From NCBI GenBank assembly GCA_964016885.1, contig OZ024745.1, forward strand, positions 100,440,001 to 100,504,000: 64,000 nt of DNA. The letters run 5' to 3'. Both the position numbers and the translations under genes were made by a program. This DNA comes from Eledone cirrhosa. Lineage: Eukaryota. Under the pieces are notes generated by a model, which was not told the origin of the DNA, ran no database searches, and saw only the letters and a list, made by a program, of their open reading frames with translations. This document shows, piece after piece, positions 27,382 through 42,069 of this stretch (position 1 is the first letter of the stretch; each line of letters starts with the position of its first letter).

Positions 27382-27440
<59 letters not shown>

Positions 27441-27444
<4 letters not shown>

Positions 27445-28475
27445 AAGGAAAAGCGAAGTAGTTTCAAATGTTCAAGTCCTTTAATAATAATGCTGTGATA
27501 TATATTTCAGTGACGACACTGGCTACACTGTTCTGTGTGCGAGTGTCGTGTCATTATCAGACAGCTTGTTACATAATAAGGTTGTTTCCGAGGCAATCCA
27601 AATTGTTTTTCTTTGATTTTGTTCCATGTAATGGAAATTATGACCGTGTAACGGATTGACTAATGCCTTGAACCATGTAGTTTGCCCTCCGTTATAATGT
27701 ACGGCACTGTCGTTCAATATGTGGATAGAGTAACTGTGACACTAGAATCCCTCTCAGAACTTATTACTTAAACATCTCTCTCCATATTATTTACTCACTT
27801 CAATCTATATTTTTACTCAATCCGAATTATCACTTGAAAAATTTTTGAATTTAGAATTTTTGAATTTTTAATTGTTTAATTTATAATCTCTGATATTTGA
27901 TTTAGGATTTTAATTTTTATTTCCAACTCTCACTCTTAACTTACAGTGTAAATCCATAGTACCTAGAATTAAGTTTATTTTCCCTTATGAGTTGATGGTC
28001 AGTCTTGTTGTCAACGCTTAGTGAAAGGTAGTATTATGACCTATAAAAACTAACACCCTCCCATCTCCTCTGGCTTTCGGCTGACTGCCACAGTAGTGAT
28101 GGGTAGCAGTAAACTTTGGTAGGGCATAGGTGGGCCATTGTTTTGACTGAGAGGGTGAACTGACAGCCGAATTCCGTTGAAATATGCGGTGGCTAATGGT
28201 CAACTTCCTTCGGACATGCGCTTGCGCAGACCGGTGGGGGTGAATTGGTACTCACAATGGAACGGATGAAAAACCCAAAAGCACGAACTTCATCCGTTCC
28301 CATGTCGATTCAATTTGGATTGCCTCAGAAACAACCTTAATATGTAACAAGCTGTCTGATGATGACACGACACTCGCACACAGAACAGTGTGGCCAGTGT
28401 TATCACTGAAATATATATCACAGCATTATTATTAAAGGACTTGAACATCTGAAACTACTTCGCTTTTCCTTATTC
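27441..28475. repeat. Inverted repeat, arms of about 165 bp, spacer of about 700 bp
   Basis: 27441-27605 mirrors 28311-28475. Both arms carry the family D hammerhead; the left core is mutated to CUGAUAA. Confidence 0.92.
28351..28424 (+). ncRNA. Type I hammerhead ribozyme, family D
   Basis: GCUGU CUGAUGA [UGACAC...GUGUUA ucacu] GAAA UAUAUA UC ACAGC. Confidence 0.75.
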
Positions 28476-28514
28476 GATATTTACTCCGTCACTCCTATGT
28501 GGAAAAAGTACGTT

Positions 28515-28547
28515 GAGTGCTTGAATTGAATTGCATCAATATTTACC

Positions 28548-28615
<68 letters not shown>

Positions 28616-28649
28616 GGTAAATATTGATGCAATTCAATTCAAGCACTCA
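28515..28649. repeat. Palindrome centred on a (TA)n tract
   Basis: GAGTGCTTGAATTGAATTGCATCAATATTTACCCTAAT (AT)n ATTAGGGTAAATATTGATGCAATTCAATTCAAGCACTC. Confidence 0.95.
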
Positions 28650-28650
28650 C

Positions 28651-28970
28651 TGCACTAACATTTGCGCTTTCGTCAGATAGAAGGTTAAAACACACTTGTG
28701 AATAGTGCAGTTTTAAATCAACATATCTGCAATTCACTATTCACAAGTGTGTTTTAACCTTCATATCATGTTTCCCTATTTTATCTGACGAAAACGCAAA
28801 TGTTAGTGCATGATGATATCTGTTTTTCAAATGCGCTTAATAAAATACATGGAACTCTTTTAACCATCTTTTGATCTTATATATTATTTATACTCCAGTC
28901 CTACAAATTGTAGAGTGCTTCTTATCCGATATCTGCATTGCTTTATTGTACTACAATAAAACTCACCTCC

Positions 28971-28972
<2 letters not shown>
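28651..28972 (+). mobile_element. Family B pLTR-like element with 5' inversion and mutated hammerhead (CAAA for GAAA)
   Basis: Matches 39281-39720. Ends AATAAAACTCACCTCC followed by (TA)n. Confidence 0.85.
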
Positions 28973-29063
<91 letters not shown>

Positions 29064-29239
29064 AAATTCATATGTATATATATATATATAAATTCACATA
29101 TATATACAGCGACACCTTGAGATACGAGTGAACCGTCATACGCCTATTTTGAGATACGAGTCATCACTCGGCTAATTTTTTGCCTTGTGATACGAGCTGA
29201 GTTTTGAGATACGAGCTACGAGCTAACGGGTACCTGAGA

Positions 29240-29520
29240 GGGGGTGCAGAATTAATTTCGCCACTGAATTAATTTCGCCCGGTGAACCCCAACCAAAGTT
29301 ACTCCCGTCGTTTATATCCGTAAAGTGACTAAAGATTAAAATAAATGTAATATATTTACGGTTAGGGTTAGGGTTGAATTAACCCTAACCCTAACCCTAG
29401 CCCTAACCGTAAATATATTACAATTGTTTTAGTCACTTTACGGATATAAACGACGGGAGTAACTTTCGTTGGGGTTCACCGGGCGAAATTAATTCAGTGG
29501 CGAAATTAATTCAGTAACCG
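29240..29520. mobile_element. Fold-back MITE with inverted telomeric repeats at its centre, inserted in the Tigger 5' region
   Basis: Arms of about 130 bp; centre GGTTAGGGTTAGGGTT gaat TAACCCTAACCCTAACCCTAGCCCTAACC; flanking direct repeat CCTGAGA (29233-29239, 29521-29527). Confidence 0.88.
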
Positions 29521-29632
29521 CCTGAGAACGGTCAGTCCACGTGGTAACCTCGGCGCGCGAGCATCTCTGTTGTGTTACTGTTGTGATTTTAGTTGCTTTT
29601 GGTTTATTTCGATAAAAATCTTCGTTTCAACC

Positions 29633-31142
29633 ATGAGTCCTAAGAAAGTGAGTACCAAGAACACTGGTGAGAAAAAGAAAAGGATGATGTCTATGGATAT
29701 TAAGCACGAAATCGTAGAAAAACATGAGCGTGGTGTGCGTGTTATTGACTTGGCAAAGGAGTACGATCGTAGTACTTCTACAATATGTACTATTTTGAAA
29801 CAAAATGATTGAATAAAGGCTATGACACCAGCCAAGGGTGTTAAGATAATTTCTAAGCTCCGGACCTCTGTCCATGAAGAGATGGAAAAGTTGCTGTTGG
29901 GGTGGTTGACCGAGAAGCAGCTCGCTGGAGATACCGTAACCGAGACCATCATCTGTGAGAAGGCACGAATTATTTATGGAGATTTGGTGCGGCAGACGAC
30001 GGGATCACCCTCGGACGAGGCATCGGAAGAGTCATTCAAAGCCAGTCGGGGATGGTTTGATAATTTTAAAAAGAGGACTGGCATTCACTCCGTCGTCAGG
30101 TATGGTGAGGCTGCAAGCTCAGACTTTAAGGCAGCTGAAGAATTTACTTCATTTTTTGGAGAACTGGTAGAAGCCGAAGGATACATCCTCCAGCAAGTCT
30201 TTAACTGTGACGAGACAGAGCTATTTTGGAAAAAGATGCCAAGGAGAACGTACATAACAGCAGAAGAGAAGAGCTTGCCAGGCCACAAACCTATTAAGGA
30301 TAGGTTGACCCTTGCACTGTGTGCAAATGCGAGTGGCGATTTAAAGATTAAACTGCTGCTCGTATATCACTCGGAAAACCCCAGGGCCTTTACGAGTCGT
30401 AAGATTCTTAAAGAAAAACTTCAGGTTATGTGGAGAGCAAACCCAAAGGCATGGGCCACCAGGGAGTTTTTTGTGCATCTCTTCCGCCGCTGCTTTGAGG
30501 TTACGAAAAACACAAACCTCACCCTTCGAGAGTTCTGGAAAGAACATTACATTATCGTAGCCTGCCTCAAAATTATAGACATCGCCTGGCAGGGTGTTAC
30601 AAGGAGGACCTTAAACTCTGCATGGAAGAAGCTGTGGCCCGAGGTTGTGTCCGAAAGGGACTTCGAAGGATTCGAACCCGAACCCGAAGTGTTAGTGGAG
30701 GAGGAGATCGTGTCCATCGGAAAATCCATGGGCCTGGAATTAGCGAAGGAGACGTCAACAACCTCGTCGAAGAGCACAATGAGGAATTGACAACGGAGGA
30801 ATTAAAGGAGCTACAGGACCAGCAGCATACTGAGATTTGGCAGGAAATTAATGAGGGGCCAGAGTCAGAGGAGGTAGTAATCCCTTCAAGTGAAATTAAG
30901 GAAATGTTGGGAATTTGGGAGAAACTTAATGCTTTTATTGACAAAAATCATCCAGAAAAAGTTGGAACAAGTCGTGCGTCGGCACTGTTTAACGTCACTT
31001 GCCTCACTCATTTCAGAAACATTTTAAAAGGGAGCAAGAAACCTCCTTGGACAGGTTTTTATTGAAACGCCCTCAAAGCGAAGGCGAGGAAAGTGTGGCC
31101 AAAAAGCCAAAAATCAGTGAAGATGAAGATGACAGTAACTGA
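29633..31142 (+). pseudogene. TIGD1-like transposase pseudogene
   Basis: HTH-psq, CENP-B HTH (FKASRGWFDNFKKR) and QQVFNCDETELFWKKMP. Stop at 29810 and frameshifts. An internal deletion at about 30475 (WATREFFVH|LFRRCFEV) removes the second and third catalytic Asp motifs. Confidence 0.9.
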
Positions 31143-31649
31143 AGTACCGTACGGTACGGAAAAAAAAAAAAAAATAGCAATTAAGTTTAGCGATTAAGTG
31201 TAGCATAGTGTGTAAGTTAAATTTAGCAATAAAAATTAGCATTAACTGCGTAGTGAGTAAGTCAAGTTAAGAGATAGAGCGCAAAACGAAAAACATTTAC
31301 AGCCTCCCCCGTCATTCTTCTCCGCCTCTGCCAACCACCTCCCCATCGCCAGCTTTTTCTTCTCACCCTGAAGGTAAATACACTTAATAAATCCAGTTTA
31401 TTTCTTTACATTCTCTTTTATTATGTTCTTATTATTTCATTATACATTATTTGTTATTTATAAAGTATATTTTGCTTATTAAAAACACGTAACATAAATA
31501 AATTGGTGTGGTTTTTGGGCCTTCAGAACGCATTAATAGCATTTCAGTTAATTTCAATGGGGAAAATTGATTTGAGATACGAGTAAATTGAGTTACAAGC
31601 TCGGTCACGGAACGAATTAAACTCGTTTCTCAAGGTATCACTGTACGTA

Positions 31650-32566
<917 letters not shown>

Positions 32567-32681
32567 TATATATATATTTATATATATATATATATACATA
32601 TACATACATATATATATATAGTTCAAAATAACGGAAAACCAAAAAGACAAGCAAACGCAGGAGTACATGTTACTAGGTATT

Positions 32682-32868
32682 TGGATTGGCAGTATCGGTA
32701 GAGAGTCGGACGCCATGCTTTGACGTATAGAGTTACGGTCATTGCCATTCTGAGTTCAAATCCCGCCGAGGTTAACTTTGACTTTCATCCTTCCGGGGTT
32801 GATAAAATAAAGTACCAGTAATGCACTGGATAATTGCTGGCCTTGTGCCAAAGGTAGAAACAATTATT
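32682..32868 (+). mobile_element. SINE family 1
   Basis: Consensus match. Confidence 0.9.
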
Positions 32869-34419
32869 AGTTTCACGTTTATATATATATTCATATCGAT
32901 ATATATATATATATATATATATTGATGTGTGTGTATATATATGTGTGTGTGTGTGTGTATACATATGAAAAAAAAATAATATTCATATGTATACATACAC
33001 ATACACACTTACAATATACATATCCACTTTACATGCAAATCGATTTTTCTCTTTTCTGCACAGACTCCTTCGATCACAGCCTTTTAACACACGGCCAGTT
33101 GAACTTCTTATACACCAACGCTGGATTCAACAGTTTTCCAAGAGATGGCAACCTGAATAGACCTATATTTCTCCAAGAAATTTCTTTTCTTTCTGCCACT
33201 GCTCACTCTCCTCTACCTTTCTATTTCTTCATTGTTCTTTATTAATTCTGTTTGCCTTTTGCACACATACACATACACGCACAACCCCCCCCCCCCCACA
33301 CACACACATATATATATATATATATACTATAAGCTAAACTATTCTAAAGTCACATATACTATACTAGTTCATATATACTACAAGTTTAACGATCCTAAAA
33401 TTATATATAAATTTGAATGATCTGAATTTCATTTCGTCGACGAAATATAAGTTTTGTTTCACATCTTTCCAACACATGAAAGAGATATTTAAAATATACA
33501 ACTTAGATTTTAATTCCATTTGTAGACATTTAGAAATTTTAATTTACATGTACATCTGTATATTTATGACGACACTATGGTCCCTCGTCTCATCAACTTT
33601 GATATTTTCTGAGCCTCTGCCATTCCCCGCTCTCTCTCCACTCTCCCTCCACTCTCTCTCTCTCCACTTTCTCTCCACTCTCTCTTCCCCTATCTTTCAT
33701 TTTTGTTTTTAATCAATGTTTTATTCTTCCGTGGCATATTTCTCTCTTTGACAAATTGCAGATATTTTCAACTTATTTCATTTCTTCCCGTCATTAAACT
33801 AAATTTTCAAATTTTATTTAGTTCAACATCCCTATCTGACCCTTGGGTATCATTAGCAAGGTCCACTGTGTTGTAAGCATTCGGACTAGGTCCCTTGGTT
33901 AGAGGATACTTACCCAGACTCTCACAAGTTGTCTCAATGATCCTGAAATGATCTTTCACCTAAAATAACAAAAACAAACGATTGTACAACTCTCAATATA
34001 GATTCTTCTTGGACACAACTATGATCATACTCTTCCTTCAGTGTGTTAGATATTTGTGAGTTGAACTTTGAGCTCACCTTCTATTTCTATGTTATTGCAA
34101 ATTAAAATATTTAGAGCATTGGTTCTAAATCAAAAGAAATAGAAAAATAAAAATCTTGTTAATTGTTCTTCTTTCTTTCAGAAATAAAGCCTCACAACAA
34201 AGTAAGATTTCGAAACAGAGCTGTTCTGATAAAGATTGGTGGTTAACTGAGATATATGTTGGCTGCTGCCGGACGAATAAGCAACCCCGGCCCAAATAAC
34301 AGTAGGTTACTAAGGGAGTAGATAGAGCAATGGGCTGTTGGCTCGCAGGAAATTTCTCACAACTCAGCAATGCTGTATACCCCGAGGACTCAAAGAAGGT
34401 CTAAAGGGAGCAAACGTTT

Positions 34420-35190
34420 AGAATCCACAAATGAAACGTCACAAGCCTTACAGGTAATGAGTAGGAACTAGTAGAGTAGGCCAAATGTTACCGGCTAGAT
34501 ATAGTCAGGGTTTTCTCAACAGCGTTTCGTGGATCTGATACCGTAGATTTGGATGGAGGATACAAACTCTACTATTTAAGTGTGGTGTTAGAATGGGCTG
34601 CACAGGCAGGAGTGGGGATACTCACAAACCCCCCACTGGCGGAATGTGTTATGGAATGGATCCCATTAAAAGGGAGGACTTGCCTCCTGAAGCTTGGGCT
34701 GAAAGAAAGACCTCTGTGGATGGTGAAGGTTTGTGCACCTGGCACAGAGTCCGAATACAGATACCTTCTTGGCGAAGTTACTGCAGTTTTAGATATAAAA
34801 AAACTGAGTCATATATCCTACATGTTGGCAGTGACTACCTGACAGAAAGGAGTGATTAGAAAGAATGCCAACCACGATCTAAATATGAACGAGTAAGGCC
34901 TCACCAGAATTCTATTCTAGTAATGTGCTTTTTATTATGAACACTTTCTCCAGCACAAAGATATACATGAGTATATATGATATAAGCTAAATCAAGGACA
35001 GAGGAAAATTAACTGATTTTTTTATTATCTTTGATCTCTTAGATTCTGAACCGGGTGTTCGTATTAAGTGAGGGTTAAGCTGTCAACTGATCACCATCTA
35101 GTTAACTCCAACCTAAAACTACCTAAAGTCAGGGAAACCCCACAAAACTGACAGGCTCAAATCAACATACCGGATAAAGTGGGAATCATT
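34420..35190 (+). pseudogene. Degenerate RTE-like LINE APE endonuclease fragment
   Basis: *NVTSL, LDIV, LDGGYKLYY, AQAGVGILTNP, and downstream LSTDHHLV. Confidence 0.65.
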
Positions 35191-35431
35191 TTGAGATGGC
35201 TGCTTCTTATAGGAACCTCTGGAATACGTGTCTGAGGCGCCTGATCCCATGATCGTTTTAAGAAGTACCTTTTTACCTAAGTGCTAAAGGTGTATCGACT
35301 TGATTGTTATCTCTTTGAAGTGAATATATATATATATTAAAATAAAGGTAATTTGAAATAATTAGAATTTATTTTCCTATTTCTTTGAAAATTTTCATGT
35401 GTACCCATAACACACACACACACACACACAC

Positions 35432-35522
<91 letters not shown>

Positions 35523-36336
35523 GTGCATATGTGTGTATGAGTGTGTGTGTCTGGCTTAAAAGGAAAAATATACTTTTTATTATTTATATTTTTACTTTTT
35601 TAAATAAGTTAATTTCACGAACCTATTAACATCTTTCCAGATCATTTGAGCTAGCAGGTTATGTACAAATCGGAAAATATGTTAATTCTTCAGGTCAGCT
35701 AAAGCAGACATAAGCAAGCTAAAATTATTATAACGGGATAAGAGGCGCCTATTTTCTGCAACAGATTTTTATAGAAAAAAAAAGAACAAAGAAGCATGAC
35801 AAAACAAAGAAAGACAAGAAAATGTTAACGATAGTACTGGAACATTGCGAGTTCAGCCTTTTATGTTTTATACGGTTTTGAGAATTCAGGCACCAGCAGT
35901 CACTTAATGAATTTTTAATCTGTTCAGATATCATTACTAAAAATATTATCGACTGCTTAATGGGGCGCAAACATTTTATACTTATTTATGTAACATAATA
36001 CTTCTGAGTGTCTTGCTAATGTGACTTGATTCTACACACTAGAATTCATTGTTTAGTTAGTTATGTGTATAGAATACATGGTAAGATATATCTGTTATGA
36101 CAATACTTTTGCTTGGCTTTTATATGTCATTTGAAACATACTTGAAAAATGTAGTTCGGAATTCCCACATTAGTTATACTCCATAAAATATAGTAGGAAA
36201 ATTCAAAATATATTATCTGAACCTATATTTAAAAAAAAAATAATGAAATCTATCTCCTAATTTTTATATAATTAAACCTTAAATATCCACTTAAACCAGG
36301 TATAAATCGTTATGAATATATAATCAGAAAAATTCT

Positions 36337-36410
<74 letters not shown>

Positions 36411-36522
36411 ATTCAATTATCTCCAAGAATGTGAAAACAAAATAAATAAAATGCGGAAAAAATTGGTAATTGCTAGCTTATTGTGTGAAACCACAGTCGG
36501 CCCTTGTGGCTAATAAATGAAA

Positions 36523-36554
<32 letters not shown>

Positions 36555-37009
36555 GTTGTTGTTGTTGTTGTTGTCGTTGGCGTCGTCGGCGTCGTCGTTG
36601 TTATTATTATTACTATTTATTATCATAATGGTTTCCATTATGAAAATGGAGATGTAGAAGATAGAAACAATACCTCCTTATTTAGATTCATTTCAAAATG
36701 GTGAGAAAAATATACTTGAAGTTTTTATATTATCGATAGTTTTCAGGGGAGTGTCTTCAATATGTTAGAAACGTAAGTTTTAATTTTTATTTTACTTTTT
36801 TAGGAAAACTGAATGTGAATTATATGTTTTGCCTGGGGATAATTTTTCTAAATCTATTATTTTATAAATATATCATGTTTCATATCTGAAATAATTTAAG
36901 ATTACTGAATAAAAAAAACAATGATTGAAGAGAGAAAGCATACTCAACTCTAGCAATACATTTCCTCTTACATGTTCATCAGATATGTTTTGTTATTTAG
37001 CGGAAACGT

Positions 37010-37420
37010 GAGCGTTAATTTGCAAAATCGTTAGAGCATCGGTCCAACATCCCACGTGTTGTTTGTACCCACTCTTTATGTAGGGAGTTTTAACACGACC
37101 AAGATCGATTTTCCCTTACATTCTACAGGGGTCGATAAAATCAAATCTAGCATAACATAGGAGTCGAATTTCCCCTCCCTTTCCAAATTACTGGTCTTCT
37201 GCCCTAGAAACTATTATTTGGTGGAGACAGGATGGAGAATTTGCAGAAATGCCTTACAAGATGTAGGACCTTTTGTGTTTTCAGCAAAATATCAACGGAG
37301 TCAATTGTGCTTTTAGTTCTTCCAAGGTCGATAAAATACCAGTCAAGTACAATGATTGATATAGTCTAACTATTCTCTTTCCCATCTTCCCCAGCGTGTG
37401 TAACTTTGTGCTTATGATAG
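37010..37420 (+). mobile_element. Two old, diverged family-1-related SINEs
   Basis: GGGGTCGATAAAAT (37128) and GGTCGATAAAATACCAGT (37326) cores. Confidence 0.55.
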
Positions 37421-37713
37421 ATATCACCATTAAATGGGACTGATGAAATCTAAAATACAACGCATATAGTAATAATAAAAAATGTGAAGACTACAATCTA
37501 AAGAGGGCTCGATAAGGATTATATATATATAAATATATATAAAAACCGTAGAGCAAATATTTATTAAAATAACAGATTAAAATAACAGATGAAAGCAGCA
37601 ATTCTTTGCTTAAACTTTAATCTGTTATTTTAATATATATAAATATATTCCGAGCGTTAGACGAGTGCTTCCCGCAGTCGAACAGATACCACAAGATTTT
37701 CAACCGCCACACG

Positions 37714-39241
37714 GTGAAGTTTTCCTTCTCCACAGCACCTGACATGGCCGACTACATGGCCAAAACCAACGCGGCGAAGATGGGGAACCTCGACCGTCAA
37801 CCGCGGCGGCAGAATGACCGTCCATCGGAGCCCGGAGGGCCCCTCGCAGACCGATCTTCCTACTACAACCCAGCCCTCACGGCGGCCGTCACGCGCGCAG
37901 AAGACGATACAATACAACACCGGGCGGGAATGAGTGGCGGAGGAGAGACTACCGTGTCGGCGGAACAACACCCTGAAAATCGTGAGAGGGCCCTAGCAGA
38001 TCAAGGGCCAGGCGTCCGAAATGAACAACATAACGACAGAACGTGCAACTGCAAAGCGAGCACGCAGTGCCCCCTGCAGGGAAGATGCCTGACGAAGGGC
38101 CTGGTATATAAATGTGTGGTTAGCACGCACAATATAAAGCGCACCTACATCGGCGCAACATCCACGACCTTTAAATCGCGGATGTATAACCACACGAACT
38201 CTTTCAAGGACCGGAGTAAGAGGCACTCTACTAGGCTGGCGGAGCTGGTGTGGGACTTGAAAGTCAAAGGCAACCCGTATGCCCTTGACTGGAGTATCGT
38301 TCGGCACGCTAATGCATACTCGGCTGGAAATGGAAAGTGTGGGCTATGCCTATCCGAGGCCATGGAGATAGTCAGACTGAAGGATGATGCGGTCAACCTG
38401 AAATCGGAAATAATCATGACGTCAGACACCAGAGAAGGTGCACACTCTCAGCATGGAATCCACCGGGAAGCCCAGGCTAAAGGCATGCGACGGAGCGCAC
38501 GCCGACCAGAGCGGCGAAACGGGTTCAAGGGATCAGACACCATACCCTGATGACTATATATGCCCCGTGGGGTAAACCGAAATAACCCAGGATGCATACC
38601 CGTCTCTGCACGTCACCCTAGGCAAGAACATCGCCTGAGCCGGGACAGGTTGACCCGGATTCCATTGACTTTCAGTCAAATGCCTTACACCTATATGACA
38701 ATATACCTCAACCACAGTGACATACTCCAGTATGGGCGGTCCACGCACCCCCATGCATCTGTATCTTTTCAATAGAGAGTCCATACTCTCCACGTATTTT
38801 GTAACACATTACATTTTCCGTATACAGGCCCACGTATATATCTCATACGTTTCTTGTGTACTATCTCATTCGCATACACGTTCCTTCTTCTTTTTATATA
38901 TCTCTATGTGACGTTATATGTATCTTTTTAATATATCCTATATTTCTTTTATATATATGTATATATATGTATGTGTATATGTATATATATATATGTATGT
39001 GTATATCTGTATGTATATGGTTATGTTGTTTATATATGTGCATGTTTATAACAAGATGTATCCTTTCATGTATGACCCAGAGTATGACCCATTGTGTATC
39101 TTTATATGACTTTGTATGTATATCCTATTTGTGTGTATATATATATCTATGTATCTTTGTAGGCGCGCGTAGGCCTGTATGTGAATATGCGCATATTTGT
39201 AACACACAATAAATTGAGTTCAGATGCATCACTGATTTTTC

Positions 39242-39245
<4 letters not shown>
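37714..39245 (+). mobile_element. 5'-truncated Penelope-like element of a second subfamily (GIY-YIG domain plus 3' region)
   Basis: CNCKASTQCPLQGRCL..LVYKC..TYIGAT..FKSRMYNH..CGLCLSE..VNLKSEI. The 3' tail AATAAATTGAGTTCAGATGCATCACT resembles the reverse complement of 40770-40812. Confidence 0.85.
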
Positions 39246-39280
<35 letters not shown>

Positions 39281-39283
<3 letters not shown>

Positions 39284-39713
39284 AGGTGAGTTTTATTGTA
39301 GTACAATAAAGCAATGCAGATATCGGATAAGAAGCACTCTACAGTTTGTAGGACTGGAGTATACATAATATATAAGATCAAAAGATGGTTAAAAGAGTTC
39401 CATGTATTTTATTATGCGCATTTCAAAAACAAATATCATCATGCAATAATGTTTGTGTTTTCATCAGATAAAATAGGAAGACATGATATGAAGGTTAAAA
39501 AACACTTGTGAATAGTGCAGTTTTAAATCTACATATCTAAAACTACTTTTCATATGTTGATTTAAAACTGCACTATTCACAAGTGTTTTTTAACCTTCAT
39601 ATCATGTCTTCCTATTTTATCTGATGAAAACACAAATGTTATTGCATGATGATATTTGTTTTTGAAATGCGCATAATAAAATACATGGAACTCTTTTAAC
39701 CATCTTTTGATCT

Positions 39714-39720
<7 letters not shown>
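39281..39720. mobile_element. Family B element between two (TA)n tracts, with a palindrome of about 350 bp (39369-39718)
   Basis: Arms of about 168 bp, spacer about 39538-39551. A hammerhead in each arm: 39405-39475 minus and 39613-39683 plus. Confidence 0.92.
39613..39683 (+). ncRNA. Type I hammerhead ribozyme, family B (intact core)
   Basis: UAUUUUAU CUGAUGA [AAACACAAAUGUUAUU gcau GAUGAUAUUUGUUUUU] GAAA UGCGCA UA AUAAAAUA. Confidence 0.85.
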
Positions 39721-39789
<69 letters not shown>

Positions 39790-39795
<6 letters not shown>

Positions 39796-40036
39796 AAAAA
39801 GAGATGAAATCGAAAATGCAACTGGAGCCTTATTTAAAAAAAATATATATATATTTATTTGGTTCCTTTACCGGTTTCGCAGTTCTTCTGCTTTTCAAAA
39901 GGTGAGTTGAGATGGAGGGTCTGTGGTTTTTCTCACAGAAGAACTGCAAAACCGGTAAAGGAACCAAATAAATATATATATTTAAACAAAAAATAAGAGT
40001 CCAGTTGCATTTTCGATTTAATATCTTTTTCTTTAT
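39790..40036. repeat. Inverted repeat containing a degenerate hammerhead (39865-39902, minus)
   Basis: Minus strand: CCUU UUGAAAA GCAG aagaa CUGC GAAA CCGG UA AAGG. Arms of about 100 bp. Confidence 0.85.
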
Positions 40037-40403
40037 ACTTTCACTCGTGTAGGACACCTCGGTTATTTTTCAATTTGTAAAAAAAACCTCACTTTCTAAT
40101 ATATACATATATATATACATATATATATAGAGAGAGAGAGAGAGGGAGAGAGAGAGAGAGAGAATGAGGCAAATGCGAAGTTCCTTATCAGCTTCGGAAC
40201 ACCTCCACAGCTTTGTTCAGGCGCAAACGTGGAGGAAGTTGACCAGTCCTCTACCACCTCAGCCAGCAACATGACATGGTCACAGAAGTTTTGTTTATTG
40301 CTAATTTCCGTGTCCAGCAAATGCTGGCAGCCGCCAACCAGAATTTGGTGGTTGGGTGTAAAAAGATCGGAGGCGTTACATTTTATCTACGTCGCAGCCG
40401 ACC

Positions 40404-40449
<46 letters not shown>

Positions 40450-40480
40450 GAAAGAATAGAGGTGTAACACACAAGTTATT

Positions 40481-40760
40481 ATATATTGGTAAACGGAATA
40501 GAAAATGCTGACAAATTGTTCACAGTGAAAAATAGTTTAATTAGGAATAAATGAGAATTAGTAATCGTATTGGTTAGTATTCAGTTTTGGTTGTTTTGGT
40601 CTACTGACCATCCCTCTACCACGAACCACTCCGCTAGTAGACCAAAACAACCAAAACTGAATACTAACCAATACAATTACTAATTCTCATTTATTCCTAA
40701 TTAAACTATTTTTCACTGTGAACAATTTGTCAGCATTTTCTATTCCGTTTACCAATATAT
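40481..40760. repeat. Inverted repeat, arms of about 125 bp, spacer of about 29 bp
   Basis: ATATTGGTAAACGGAATAG...GGTCTACT mirrors AGTAGACC...CTATTCCGTTTACCAATAT, near-perfect. Confidence 0.95.
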
Positions 40761-40813
40761 ATATATAATATGGAAAACGAAGAATTAGTGATGCATCGGA
40801 ACACAATTTATTA

Positions 40814-40906
40814 ACGTATTACAATTGTTTCTCCGGCGAACAGCTTGAGGTGCGATCTAATTGTGGTTCGAACCTGACTCTGGATTCGCAAGTTCCTCAG
40901 ATACGT
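40814..40906 (-). ncRNA. Type I hammerhead ribozyme motif
   Basis: Minus strand: ACGUAU CUGAGGA [about 62 nt] GAAA CAAUUG UA AUACGU. Stem II pairing was not resolved. Confidence 0.7.
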
Positions 40907-41702
40907 CTAGTGACTTGGAAGCAAAATCCATATAATTATACTCTGCTCCGTATGAGCATAGAGTGCTCAACTGGCATACTACCTATGGACGTATCCAAGC
41001 AATCTTACTACAAATATATATATATATATTTATTTTTTTATAGTTGAGACAGTAAACAAAATACAAAAAAACAACATGGAAGCGAAGAGGCAGTACAAAT
41101 GTTAATATTAGTTTCACGCTTGAGAGTGGGGATGGGGGACTTACTTGCTTACTTACTTATGTATATATATATATGTATATATATATGGAATGTAGAGATG
41201 TGACACACGAGTTGATATATAAAAAAATAGTAAAAAAGAAAAAAAGCAGAAGAAAATGCTAAAGGGATTTTTTTAAAGAATAACATCAAAACATTTATTT
41301 ACAAAATAGGAATTTCCGCATTTAATTGTACAGGTTTCAGCTTATACGCTTTTTCAACGACGGATGTGTATAATGCAATTAAATTGCATATTAATAAGAA
41401 TAATAAGAATATGGGGGAAAAAAATTGTTTTTACATACATATTTAGGGAGAACGGTTTACATTTTTGTCTGTAGTTTTCTTTCTTTCTCTACTAGGGATG
41501 ACCCTAACCTAACCAACTGTGGTGGTAGCAAGGAAAAATCAGTTCTGTTTAAGCTGTTGGCTTCGGAAATTCCTATTTTGTAAATAAATGTTTTGATGTT
41601 ATTCTGAGAGCAAATCCCTTTAGCATTTTCTACTATTATTTTTCCTTTTTTATTATACCACTTGTAGAGACCTATAAATACCATATTTATTTTTTGATAC
41701 CC

Positions 41703-41753
41703 AGATTCCTGATGATTTCTTATGAATGAAACAGTTCTAGTCCTGTAGAATCT
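41703..41753 (+). ncRNA. Type I hammerhead ribozyme, family A (intact core)
   Basis: AGAUUC CUGAUGA uUUC uuau GAAu GAAA CAG uucuaguc CUG UA GAAUCU, within the pLTR-like segment 41450-41837 that ends at (TA)n. Confidence 0.85.
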
Positions 41754-41858
41754 CATCTATATTAAAACTGTTATACTCTGCTATGTATTGAGTACCTTAC
41801 TTACTGTGGTTACCTCCGATTCAACCCGGAATAACGTATATATATATATATATATATA

Positions 41859-42054
<196 letters not shown>

Positions 42055-42069
42055 TGGGTATAGAAGATT

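Larger units (their letters stand above)
29107..31643 (+). mobile_element. Tigger (pogo/Tc1-mariner) DNA transposon, non-autonomous
   Basis: TIRs CAGCGACACCTTGAGATACGAGT / ACTCGTTTCTCAAGGTATCACTG with TA on both sides. Confidence 0.93.

Noticed and set aside
29360-29408. Chromosome end-to-end fusion site
   Set aside because: Only a few telomeric units, embedded in a TSD-flanked fold-back element inside a Tigger.
29822-30790. Domesticated TIGD1 host gene
   Set aside because: Bounded by TIRs and TA duplications, with a premature stop, frameshifts and a deleted catalytic region.
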